Positions 40,641 to 52,319 of a DNA stretch of 64,000 bases are shown here, one piece after another. Positions within the stretch are counted from its first letter, which is position 1. Each line of letters opens with the position of its first letter. This DNA is from Octopus vulgaris (Eukaryota), in contig OX597827.1 in the NCBI GenBank assembly GCA_951406725.2, positions 58,404,001-58,468,000 of the forward strand, given 5' to 3'. The position numbers and the translations under genes were made by a program. The notes under the pieces were generated by a model that had not been told where the DNA came from, searched no databases, and saw only the letters and a list, made by a program, of their open reading frames with translations.

Positions 40641-41495
40641 TTTTACCGAACATTCATTTGCCGTTCACAATGAGAGAATCCATCATGTATATATATGTAT
40701 GTGTATGTATATATATCTATATATGTTTCTTGGAATTGTATCTTAAAGCACATAAATATGATAAAAAGTTGTTTTTGTTGTGTGTATTTTTGCTTTTCCT
40801 TTTTTTGTGTTTTTCTTTTTTTCTTTTTCGTTTTTCTTTTTACTCTACATGTCTTTCCTATAATTAAAGAAATATTTGATTTGGAATGAATACCGTATCT
40901 AGGGTATTTATAACAATAGGACAAAATTTATCATGTTTACTCTCAACCGAAGTAAGGCCCTATAACCTCACTACCTCCTGGTCCAATAGAAAAAAAATTT
41001 GACAGAAATGTAGCAGATGAAAACCCAAAGAACCAGTCTTCAGCATCATGACAATGCTAATAAAATATAATGCATAATATTACACCTTTCTCTTTCTTAA
41101 CTTTTGCTTGTTTCAGTTACTGGACTGTGGCCATGCTGGGGCACTGACTTGAAGGGCTTTAGTCAAATAAATTGACCTCCCAGTACTTGTATGTTTTTTT
41201 TTAAAACCTGGTACTTATTCTGTTGGTCTCTCTTGTCAAATTGCTAAGTTACGGAGGCATAAACCAAACCAACAATAGTTGCCTAGTGATCGTGGGGAAC
41301 AAATAGAAACACAAAAATGCACACACATAGATCTATACAAATATATATATATATATATATATATATTGGTAAAAACGGTAAGATAACAAAAGAAAGAAAG
41401 AGACCTCAATATTATGTAAATAGAGGAAATTCTCTGTAAATTAATATGTTACCATTATTCAATAGTCAAGATAAAACTCTGAGTTTCAGATGCTG

Positions 41496-41535
<40 letters not shown>

Positions 41536-42400
41536 CTGTTCTTTCTTTATTTGTACTGTTTTTTCTACTGTTTTTTCTTCATTTGTATTGCTTTTACGTC
41601 CCGTTTTTGTCACTTGTTTTACCCCTCTGCAAAAGAATTTTATTGAATTCCTTTTGCAGGAAGGACTGCTTTGGCCTGGCCATGTTCTGTCCTTACCTTC
41701 GAAACATGCATTGAGTCGAACCAGGGGCAGCTGATGAAGGGGAATTTTCCTTGTTTTGTTTGTCCTGTACTCTGTTTTTTCGTTGTTAAGAAAAAGTCCG
41801 TTTCCTTGTTTGATTTTATGTTTTCGTCTCTCGTTGTGTTCTACATTGATTTGTGGTGTCCTGTACTCATATATATATATATATGCATGTATATATACAT
41901 GTAGATGTAAGTATGTACATATATGTATGTATATATGCATATATTTTATTTATTTATTATATTATATATATATATATGTGCGTGTGTGTGTGTTTGACTG
42001 TTCGTCCTCGTTCACCATCCTAAATCACACCCTGTGTTGTTTTACTTGTTTTGTTTTGTTTTGTTTGCTCTTGTCCCTAATTCTCCACAAAAACCCCCAT
42101 TTTTTTGCATGCACCACCTATTGGGAAGCACTCAGTCTTATCTTGTTAAAGGTGCAAAACTGAACAGTACCAGTTGGTCAATAACTGATGAAGAATTACA
42201 GACCTGTTTGTCTTCCATTTGTTTTTATATTCTGTATACATTGCATTATTTCTTTATACATTTTTCATTTATATATATAAATGTTTTTTGATTATTTATT
42301 GTTAAAACACATATTTTTCTATATTTATTTGATAATTGTTATTAGTTAAGATATGTACATTTATTTTATTATTATTTTTATTATTATTATTACTATTTTA

Positions 42401-42501
42401 GACCTGATGAGTGACTATATTTTTAAATAGAATTAATTTTAAATCAATTGATTTTATTATTACTATCTATTTGAAAATATAGCCATGAAACGCGCATAGT
42501 C
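42401..42501 (+). ncRNA. type I hammerhead motif with ~20-bp stem II
   Basis: GAC-CTGATGA-[42411-42430 pairs with 42467-42486]-GAAA-C-GCGC-A-TA-GTC. Confidence 0.7.
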
Positions 42502-42611
42502 AATTTACTACTATTTACTATTTATCGTTTATGTACTTTATTGATTTTTAGAATAAGGTTTTTATAGTATATTTATTTTTTCTATATGGTATGAATATAT
42601 ATATATATATA

Positions 42612-42911
42612 TGTGGAGGCGCAATGGCCTAGTGGTTAGAGCAGTGGACTCGCGGTCGCAGGATCGCGGTTTCGATTCCCAGACCAGGCGTTGTGAGTGT
42701 TTATTGAGCGAAAACACCTAAAAGCTCCACGAGGCTCCGGCAGCGGGTGGTGATCCCTGCTGTACTCTTTCACCACTCTTTCTCTCACTCTTTCTTCTGT
42801 TGGCCTGCTCGCTTAGCCAGCGGGGTGGCGTCATTCGAAGGCTAAAACAATGCGAATGCATTGTGACCAGCGATGTGTAACAACATCTGATGGTCTGGTC
42901 AGTCATGTGAT

Positions 42912-42920
<9 letters not shown>
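42612..42920 (+). mobile_element. SINE family B, tail type 3, between (TA)n tracts
   Basis: tRNA-Arg-like head. The tail also occurs alone at 8195-8310. Confidence 0.85.
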
Positions 42921-42974
<54 letters not shown>

Positions 42975-43429
42975 TAATAACAATAATCTTTGGATGGAAT
43001 TTTTAAACATTTAATAAATCGCTATGTGCTTTTCCACAAATCACATGTCTCTTAAGATCACAGTCCATATTCCTGGGATGATTACAGTGTAATCTGTAGT
43101 ATCCATGAGCATCAGGCAGATCATTTTCATGGATTCATTTATCCTACATTATATTGGAACAGCTTGATACAACCCCCAAAAACTGGTTCACCAGTCAGTA
43201 TCATTAGTCTCTGGCCAGCATAATGGAATAGGAGCTTTATTTGCATATTCAAAGTGTTACCATAAACAAATTTAAAATATATATAAAAAAATTTATATGT
43301 GTGTGTGGGTGTGATTGGCTTCTGTCAGTTGTTAATGAATTTATAATGAAATTTAAATTATATTCTCAAAATTTTGAGTAAAGTTCTGATTTAGACTGAT
43401 ATCTTTTCTTTTCAGATGGATGACTGAAT

Positions 43430-44235
43430 TTACTGGATAATTAACTAATGAACTGGATAGTTAACTCACCAATTGATTGGAGGATTAAGTAACTGAATAG
43501 GTAAAGAGTTAACTAACCAAATTGTTTAGCAAACTAACTAATTGAATTGATGAACTCATTAATTCCAAAGTTATTTACTAACTACCTGAAAAGTTAACTA
43601 ACTGAAAAATTAATAAACTAGCTAAAGAATTAGGTAACCAACTAACTGTAGCTGACTAACTGAATTGTCAAGAAACCAATTAGCTTAATTGTCATGAAGC
43701 CAACTAACTGAATATTTTACTAAAAAGTTGAAAACTCAATTAATGATATAGATAAATATTTAATTAATCAACTTGTTGAATAGTTAACTAAAGAACTACC
43801 AGAAGAGCAAACCAACCAACCAACCAACCTACCAATCAACCAACTAACCGACCAACCAATCTACCAACTAACCAACCAACCAACTAACTAACCAACCATC
43901 CAACCAACCAACCAACCAACCAGCCAACCAGCCAACCTACTAACTAACCAACCAACCAACTAATCAACCAACCAACCAGCCAACTAACCAACTAACCAAC
44001 CAATCAGCAAACCAACCAACCAACCAACCAACTAACCAGCCCACCACTTGCTGACAAGTTAAGTTGTCAATTAGCTCAATGGTTAATTAACTAACCAGCA
44101 ACAGCTTTGCATAATTAACCACCTGCTGGAAAAGTAAATCAACTAGCTTAGTAAAGAGTTAACCAACCAATTAACCAACAAGCAAAAGTGTTGACTATAT
44201 TAACAGCTGAAGTAGTTAACTAAACTAGCTAAACT
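43430..44235. repeat. degenerate (AACT/AACC)n repeat
   Basis: Purest between 43810 and 44040. Confidence 0.8.
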
Positions 44236-44310
44236 GCTAAATAGTTGATGGTTCTACAATACGTAAAAGTGGCAAAGTTGACACCCAATCATTTGTGATA
44301 TATCACTATA

Positions 44311-44650
44311 CTAGCAGAATTGCCCGGCGATGCTCGGGGCTGAATTGCTTGAAAGTACTGTTAATGATTGCACTGAATTATGATGATTATTCAGGCAAAT
44401 ATTGATTTAAGTTTATGGTGAGAGATAAGGACTTAACGATCAAACGTGTGCCATTGCATTGTTTTGGGGGAACCAAATTTCTAATGAGCATTATAGGGGC
44501 ACCGACTTTAAGTTTGAGAATGTGTGGTGGTAGTCCGGGGGCTCAAAGGAATTGAGTACCTCTATTGGATAGTTGATGACGTCCTCTGGGTCAGGAGTTG
44601 TATCGATAGACTTATATACATAGACATCCCCAGGAATGAGTTTTAGTATT
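44311..44650 (-). mobile_element. Helitron-like element (3' hairpin plus CTAG)
   Basis: Minus strand CCCGAGCATCGCCGGG...CTAG|T. The 5' end is uncertain. Confidence 0.6.
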
Positions 44651-46182
44651 TCATCATTAATATGGTGAACAGTTTTATTCCCCGGGGCCAGAATAGCCCT
44701 TTGGCCAATCTAATCCATATTCTGATAATTAGCTTGTATTTGTCAAAATATTTTGTTTGCTTTAAGGCGGCGAATTTCGTCAGTGAACAGGTCGTGGTCG
44801 CAAAGCGACGAAAGTATTTCGACAAATTAAATTTAAATGTTGAAGTGAATCTAACAGATTTTGTGTGTTTCTTAAATGGCTTATAAACACCTTCCATGCT
44901 GCAATTGTTTTCGTTCCAGCACATGATCTCAGATTAGGTCACTTGCTATGCAAGTACATCTCCGTAATTCACTATATATCTCTTGTTAAAGAACTGTGTA
45001 CTAACTCAGCAGAGCTGAAATTTCTGACCTGGCTGAAAATTTGTTACCACAGGAAGAATGCCTCGATGTTCTTGCATTGATTACCATTATATTGTGGACG
45101 GTTCCTCTCTCAGTGTAGATCTGTAAGTCGGAGAGAAGGAATTAGAGAGGGCACTTGCTCTTGGTGTTCAGGAAAATCTCGGACAGTGGGGTTCCTTGAT
45201 TAGGAGGGCTACATCTCCTTCATCCTCCCCGCCACCCTTTTTTTAAACCTTTGTATGTTATGCATATGTCCCATCTTTATTGTCTTCTATTTTACTAAAA
45301 TGTGAATAGATAATAGAACTGTACTAAAGAGGATTTCCAATCACTCTTTGCATCTTCTACAGATAATTTTCACCCTCTTTTTTAATTGTGAGTAGCCATG
45401 TAGTTCCTCTACAACAAGAACCAGATCTCCATCCCACTTTCTGTCATACTTTAAGCCCCTCATCTCTTAGCATAAAGTCAACCCTTTCCCTCGGGGTTTG
45501 TAGTCATATGAGCTGCATGACAATCTCACTAGTGCTGGTTGAATAAAAAAAATCACCCAGTACAAACTATAAAGTGGTTGGCATTAGGAAGGGCACCTGG
45601 CTGCAGAAACCATACCAAAGCAGACAGAAGAGCATGATACATTCCTTGGATGTATCAGATCCTGTCAAACCTGTCACCCAAGGCCACCATGGAAGATGAA
45701 CGTTCATTGATGATAGAAGCTATGACACCAACTTCTATGTACATCATGGCATACTAATTGTTACAGTTGCAATGATAGATTACATCAGACCTCATGTATC
45801 AGCTTAGATGGACATTCATGTTTGATGTTAAGCAACGACAGACATCCGCTAAACAGCCAGCAAATAATTTTGAGACAAGTTTCAGAAAATAAGCGTATCT
45901 TATTGTTGTGACCGCCATTTTGGGCATTTCCATGATTTAAAATGCTCAGTTGACAGTTCATAACATCAAGATGGCGTTTGAAACCACCTTCTTGTCTTAC
46001 TTTTACATACAAGACAGAATTCTGAGATGAATACTGATGGGAAACAGTTTTTCTTCTAAACACTATTTTGTTTATGTGCATGAATTTAGAATCTTTGAGA
46101 GTCATGAAGTAACTTGTTTGTTACCCGAATCAGATAAAGCTATAAATATTATATCTACAGGGATTTTTAATGCAATATTTAA

Positions 46183-46394
46183 CCCTTTCGTTACTGTATT
46201 TATTTTGAGATGCTCTGTGTTTCTTTCAATTAATTTTAAATATAACAAAGAATTTAGTAAAATAACATAATCATTCAGCTCGTGTTAGGAACATAAATTG
46301 TGACTTAGGTTTAGTGGAAGATTTTAATTCAAAACTTATGAAAACATGACATTTGTACTCAGAGCCAGTTTCAGCCGGGATGGTAATGAAAGGG
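46183..46394. mobile_element. piggyBac-like MITE
   Basis: TTAA|CCCTTTCGTTAC...GTAATGAAAGGG|TTAA. Confidence 0.8.
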
Positions 46395-46414
46395 TTAAGT
46401 GTTGTTATTTATAG

Positions 46415-46800
46415 ACGGCAAGCTGGCAGAATCATTAGCATGCCAGATGAAATGTTTTGTGGTAGTTCATCCGTCCTTATGTTCTGAGTTCAAATTCCAT
46501 TGAGGTTGGCTTTGCTTTTCATCTTTTCAGAGTTGATAAAATAAGTACCAGTTGAGCACTGGCCTTGATGTATTCGACTTTACCTGTCTTCTGAAATTGC
46601 TGGCCTTGTACCAAAATTTGAAATCAATATTTACATGCTGCTATTTATAGGCAGTGAACTGGCAGAATTATTAGCACACTGGATGAAACACTTAGCAGTA
46701 TTTTGTCCGTCTTTATGTTCTCAGGTCAACTTTGCCTTTTGTCTTTTCAGAGTCAATGAAATAAGTACCAGTTGAGTACTGGGGTTGATGCAATCAACTT
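46415..46800 (+). mobile_element. two tandem SINE family C copies
   Basis: GCTGGCAGAA head and GC.TTTCATC.TTTC.G.GT.GATAAAATAAGTACCAG core. Confidence 0.8.
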
Positions 46801-47472
46801 AACTACTCTTGGGTACGAGCATAAACACTGCATCACTTTGCCAAGGCATATCGAACCAGTGCGGCAGAGTAGGCTCATCAAAAAAATGTAATCTCAAGTT
46901 CAAAATGAATGGCCTCCACACCAGACTGTGACTGGTGGAATATGTTGAGACCCTTGTCCGGCAGTGGACTGAAGATGGGAAATCCATTCTAATTTGTAGG
47001 CTTATCTCTTTCATTGTTTTGATTATTAAACATTATAAGTATAGGTATTAGTATGATATTGTCTAAACATAGCATTTTGAAACAGAAAAGATAACCAGAT
47101 CCTTCAACAGTGGAATTATTTCTCTTTTTTGTCTCAAACTGATGTTTATAATGTCTAAATTCTCCATGTTGAAATTCTTAACAGTTTATTATTGAAAATA
47201 TCAAATATGCACGGGAAACAAATCATATGGTTAAGGATTCAATTCCTTGGCAATGCCATGCAATCTCAGATCATGAAGCACTGAAGAAGCTTTTGTATGG
47301 TCACTAAACCTGCTAGAGAGAGCCGCCAAATCTCTCACTAATATATTCAGCATTCTTAGAAAAAGGGAAGTACAGATAATAGAGTCCAAGATAATTTCTA
47401 AAAAATAAAAAAAACCCAAAAAACAAAATCAAACAAAAATATCTTTATCGTAAACCTGCTTCATCAAGGCTG

Positions 47473-47863
47473 CGTGGAGGCGCAATGGCCCAGTGGTTAG
47501 AGCAGCGGACTCGCGGTCGTAGGATCGCGGTTTCGATTCCCAGACTGGGCGTTGTGAGTGTTTATTGAGCGAAAACACCTAAAGCTCCATGAGGCTCTGG
47601 CAGGGATGGTAGTGATCCCTGCTGTACTCTTTCACCACAACTTTCTCTCACTCTTACTTCCTGTTTCTATTGTACCTGTATTTCAAAGGGCCGGCCTTGT
47701 CACTCTCTGTGTCACGCTGAATATCCCCGAGAACTACGTTAAGGGTACACGTGTCTGTGGAATGCTCAGCCACTTACACGTTAATTTCACGAGCAGGCTG
47801 TTCCGTTGATCGGATCAACTGGAACCCTCGTCGTCGTAACCGACGGAGTGCTTCCATTCCATC
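47473..47863 (+). mobile_element. SINE family B, tail type 2, full length with TSD
   Basis: 11-bp TSD CATCAAGGCTG (47462-47472 and 47864-47874), (TTCCA)n tail, and TCG anticodon-like loop. Confidence 0.92.
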
Positions 47864-48364
47864 CATCAAGGCTGATCTGGAGTTAAGCAACAACAGCAGG
47901 CACAACAACAACAACAATATAATTATAACCCCTATACAAGGAAGGTGAGGGTATGCATATTCAAATTAACTTGTTTGTTATTTTTGAAGATGATTAACAA
48001 CAGCTCCCTCTCAAGCTATAACACAAAACAGCTTCTTTTGGTAATATCACTTACTTCATTTAATAATATACTTAGAAAATACTTAGTCAGTACAATACTT
48101 GATAGTCGATGCACTACACATTACATTCATCTGCTAATTTTCATTTGCTTATTATATTTGCTTTGTAATTAAAGATTTGAAACAACCAATAGCTATATTA
48201 AGTAGTGGTGCCGCAGGTATTTATTGCTAGATTACCTGCATGTCACTACTTAATGCTAGACTATTTTGGTAAAACATCATCCGACGCAACTGCCAGGATT
48301 TTAGAAAAGAATTTTTAAAAATGCTAATTATTTTTTGTATTACTAATTTCATTATTTTCAATCA

Positions 48365-48892
48365 ACATCATCATCATCATCATCTTCATCATCGTTTAAC
48401 GTCCGCTTTCCATGCTGGGATGGGTTGGACGGTTCAACAGGGGTCTGGGAAGCCAGAAGGCTGCTGCACCAGGCCCAGTCCGATCTGGCAGTGTTTCTAC
48501 AGCTGGATGCCCTTCCTAATGCCAACCACTCCATGAGTGTAGTGGGTGCTTTTTACGTGCCACCGGCACAGGTGCCAGACGAGGCTGGCAAATGGCCACG
48601 ATCGGATGGTGCTTTTTACGTGCCACTGGCACGGATGCCAGTCGGGCGACGCTGGCTACGGCCACATTCGGATAGTTCTCTTACGTGCCACCGGCACTGG
48701 TATCACAGCTACAAATTCCATTGATGTTGACAAATTACGATTTTGATTTTCACTTGCCTCGACAGGTCTTCACAAGTGGAGTTTTGTGTCCCAAGAAGGA
48801 AAGGAATGCATAAGTGAGCTGGCTACATCCCAGGTATAGGCCACAGGATTATAGCCTCACTTGTCCTGCCAGGTCTTCTCACGCACAGCATG
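48365..48892 (-). mobile_element. RTE LINE 3' end and 3' UTR with (GAT)n tail
   Basis: 48870-48890 matches the ORF end of the RTE relic at 62150-62175. Confidence 0.75.
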
Positions 48893-49067
48893 ATACTTAG
48901 GTACCAGCATGGCTGTGTGGTTAAGAAGCTTGTTGCCCAACCATATCGTTTCAGATTCAGTCCCAATGTGCAGCACCTTTGCACCTTGGGCAAGAGTTTT
49001 CTGCTATAGCTCCAGGCTGACTAAAGCCTAATGAGTGGATTTGGTCGACAGAAACTGAAAGAATGCT

Positions 49068-49106
<39 letters not shown>

Positions 49107-49164
49107 AAAAGCATTCTTTATATATATACAGACACACACACACATATATATATATAAAAGCATT

Positions 49165-49203
<39 letters not shown>

Positions 49204-49206
49204 GGG

Positions 49207-49239
<33 letters not shown>

Positions 49240-49338
49240 GTCAGAATTTGGATATAAACTACTAATTTAGTGCTTTTGTCTCTTTTAGGGATTCATCATG
49301 AATGATTTCTTATAGAAAATTCATACCTTTTATATATA

Positions 49339-49378
<40 letters not shown>

Positions 49379-49379
<1 letters not shown>

Positions 49380-50573
49380 TAGCAGTATAACCTGGCCTTG
49401 CCCAGGATTAAGTTACGATTATTAAGCTAATCAAGTTCTTTATTTCAAACCAAACTAAGTAATATCGACGTCAAATTTGGGCAAAATCCGTTGAAATTGG
49501 TTATATTATATATATATATTATATATATATAATATAATATAAATATATATGGGCAACAGACACGAACACACATGTACGTACGTACACCTATTGCATTGTT
49601 TTGTGCATGTTCATAAACAGAAATGAATGGGAAAATGTTGCTAAATATGTAGATTAACACTCGCACGATTTTCACTAAGAAAAATAATTGTTTTTTTCTG
49701 CGTGGAATCAACTACTCTGGCCTCCTAATATGCTACAAAACCCTTTTTGTGGTCCGTGAAATGGAGTGGGTGTGGTGGAAGCCTCGGAAATTGTACCCAT
49801 TTGTATTGTGCAATTTACTGACAAATTGCTACTCACTTCTTTGTTTCTTTGTTGTTAAATAAATGGATTGTCAACAAAACACTTTTTTACTTGGCGTAAA
49901 ATAAAAACAAAACTCTTTCGCACCCAAAGTAATGTGTGTGAAGGAGAGGGGGAGAGAAAGATGAACGATTTAAAATAAATAAATGATTTAAAATAAATAT
50001 ATTGTAATTGTTGTGTGAGAAAGTATATATAAAATATAGTGTCTTTCAAAAACATCCTGAATTTGAACACTATATCATGTGTTTAAGAAAAGACAAAACA
50101 TTTTACATTTTATATTTTATGAACGTCGTCACTTACTCTCTCTCTCTCTCTCTCTCTCTCACTTTGTCTTTCCGTGAAACTCTCTGCTTCTCTTCCACTT
50201 TTCTTTATCTTGTTTTTTTTTGTTAGATGCTGTCAGAAAGCTATGGCTGAAAACAGATTTTTATAAACGTCATCACTTACTCTCTCTCTCCCTCTCTCAC
50301 TTTGTCTTTCCAGTGAAACTCTCTGCCTCTCTTCTTCCACTTTTCTTTATCTTGTTTTCTTTTTCGTTAGACGCCGTCAAAAAGCTATGGCTGAAAATAG
50401 ATTTTTACCGCTATCCGCGGGTGCCTCGGGAAAAAAATAAGTTGACAAAACCCAGATAGGATGTTGACGAATGTCCTAAAATTTGAGTGACATGCGTGCT
50501 AATTTGTGGATGTGCATAAACTACAATCACGTACACACACACACACACACATCTTGCCGTATATATATACAGA
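49379..50573 (-). mobile_element. non-autonomous Helitron-like element with internal ~145-bp tandem duplication
   Basis: Minus strand TC start and CCTGGGCAAGGCCAGG hairpin plus CTAG|T end. Duplication 50121-50265 / 50266-50408. Confidence 0.65.
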
Positions 50574-51599
50574 TTTATATAAATATATATGTATTCCCAA
50601 CCACATGGTTCTGGATTCAGTACTATTGCGGGACACCTTGGGCAAGTGTCTTCTGCTATAGACTCGGGCCGACCAAAGACTTGTGAGTATATCTGGTTGA
50701 CGTAAACCGTAAGAAGCCCGTCTTATATATGTATATATATAATTATAGTATATTCTGTTAAGAACATAGTAGAACACAGTATAAAGCTCGCTTGTCCACT
50801 TTCACTTTTAAACTGTGCTTTCCAGTAGTAGTATTATATGTATTTCCAGGTTTGCGTTTGGGCATCTGTCATGTGTGAATAGATAATTGAAAAAATTGGA
50901 GTCAACAAGAAGGGTACGGTTGGACATTTATTTTTTAATCACTACAATTGTTTGCATGCAATGAAGTCTCCAGATGTGCAGGTACTTGATTAAGAAACTA
51001 TTTCCCTGCATTATGAGATCTAGTTGTGTTTCCTCAGGTGATATGTAAATATTGTCTCTGTAAATTTTAAATCCTCGGCTTCAAGAACATTCTATCTATC
51101 TGTTGTGGCCTTAATTTAGTAGTAGTCACAAAACCTATCAGGGTATGTTGTTGGTGAAGGGCCGTTGGCAAACTGCTTTGAATGCGTAAATGTAGTGGGA
51201 TGGTGATTCTCGTACTCTTAAAGTGGTTTCCGTTTTAAAGAGATTGGTATTTTATTTCTTTGTACTGTTGATTTGTTCTTTATGGTTGGTTACACATATG
51301 ATTCTCCTTAGCTGGCCTTTAAGATTCAACACTTGGACACATACACGCATATATGCACACTCGCACACACATACATACACATATATAAAATCTACACACA
51401 CATATACATACGGATATGTACACACGCTCACATATACGGATGTGTACGTGCACTCACGTACATATATATAAGCACACCTACACTCGCTCGCATATACATA
51501 CACAGATGCTCGCGTGTGCATACACACACTTACACACATGTATACATATCTACTTACACACACCCACTCACACCATACATATAAATATATAAATAATAA

Positions 51600-51975
51600 T
51601 AATAATAATGAAATTATTGTATACAGTGCTCAGGTGCACCACAACTTGTCAGAAAGTACGTATAAAGTGTATGCAGTAAAGTACAAATGTCTGGGAAGTG
51701 AACAGTGTATGAGTCAGATAGATGCTTGTGTGTGTATGGAGGGGAGAAAATCAGGTGTAGTGTTGGCGAATCTCAGGAAGCATGGAAGTTTTGAAGGATG
51801 CAGTGCTCCGACAACTAACAGCCGATGCCGGCAGTTTGTTCCATGCTTCAGTATCTCTCAGCGTGAAAAAATGTTTCCTAAAGTCATGGGAGCTGTGCTG
51901 TTTTCTGACTTTGTAAATATGTCCACGGGTGTAAGACGGGTGGAGTTTGAAAAGGTGCTCAGAGTTATTGTTTGT
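51600..51975 (-). mobile_element. CR1-clade LINE 3' end with (ATT)n tail
   Basis: TRGHIYKVRKQHSSHDFRKHFFTLRDTEAWNKLPASAVSCRSTASFK. Confidence 0.8.
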
Positions 51976-52159
51976 AATATATATTCACTCACAAATTAAA
52001 AAAAGAGTAGCTTATTAGCAATTAAATAAAGGCGATTTTATTGAGGTAAAAAAAGTGACAGATGGTACTGACTAGTATAGTTTTTGTTAAAATAACTCAA
52101 AGCCACAAGAGCACTGAACTTAATGACTGATAAAGAGAGGTAAGTCCCCAGCGTGCATA

Positions 52160-52213
52160 GCCAGATCGCAATTTCGGATTTTGATGCAGGCCATCTTAAT
52201 CTTCATCAGCGAT
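52160..52213 (-). ncRNA. hammerhead-like motif
   Basis: CTGATGA-AGATT...AATCC-GAAA-T-TGCG-A-TC, with a weak stem I. Confidence 0.45.
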
Positions 52214-52319
52214 TCTTAAAGCCTAGAGTTAAACAGGACTGCCTCTATCAGTCTTACAAGAAAAACCGTTGAAAACGTGCTGCTTTTCAAAACGGTAAAA
52301 GTGTAAACTTATTGTTTTT

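Noticed and set aside
44770-44830. Hammerhead-like words (GTGAACAGGTCG...CGACGAAA)
   Set aside because: The core does not match CUGANGA and there is no stem I or cleavage triplet.
47473-47550. Functional tRNA-Arg gene
   Set aside because: It continues into a SINE body with a TSD, and the acceptor stem does not pair. The same applies to the other tRNA-like heads.
50780-51250. Possible decayed PLE RT/linker fragment
   Set aside because: Only vague motifs (KCPT.PFL), too degraded to support.
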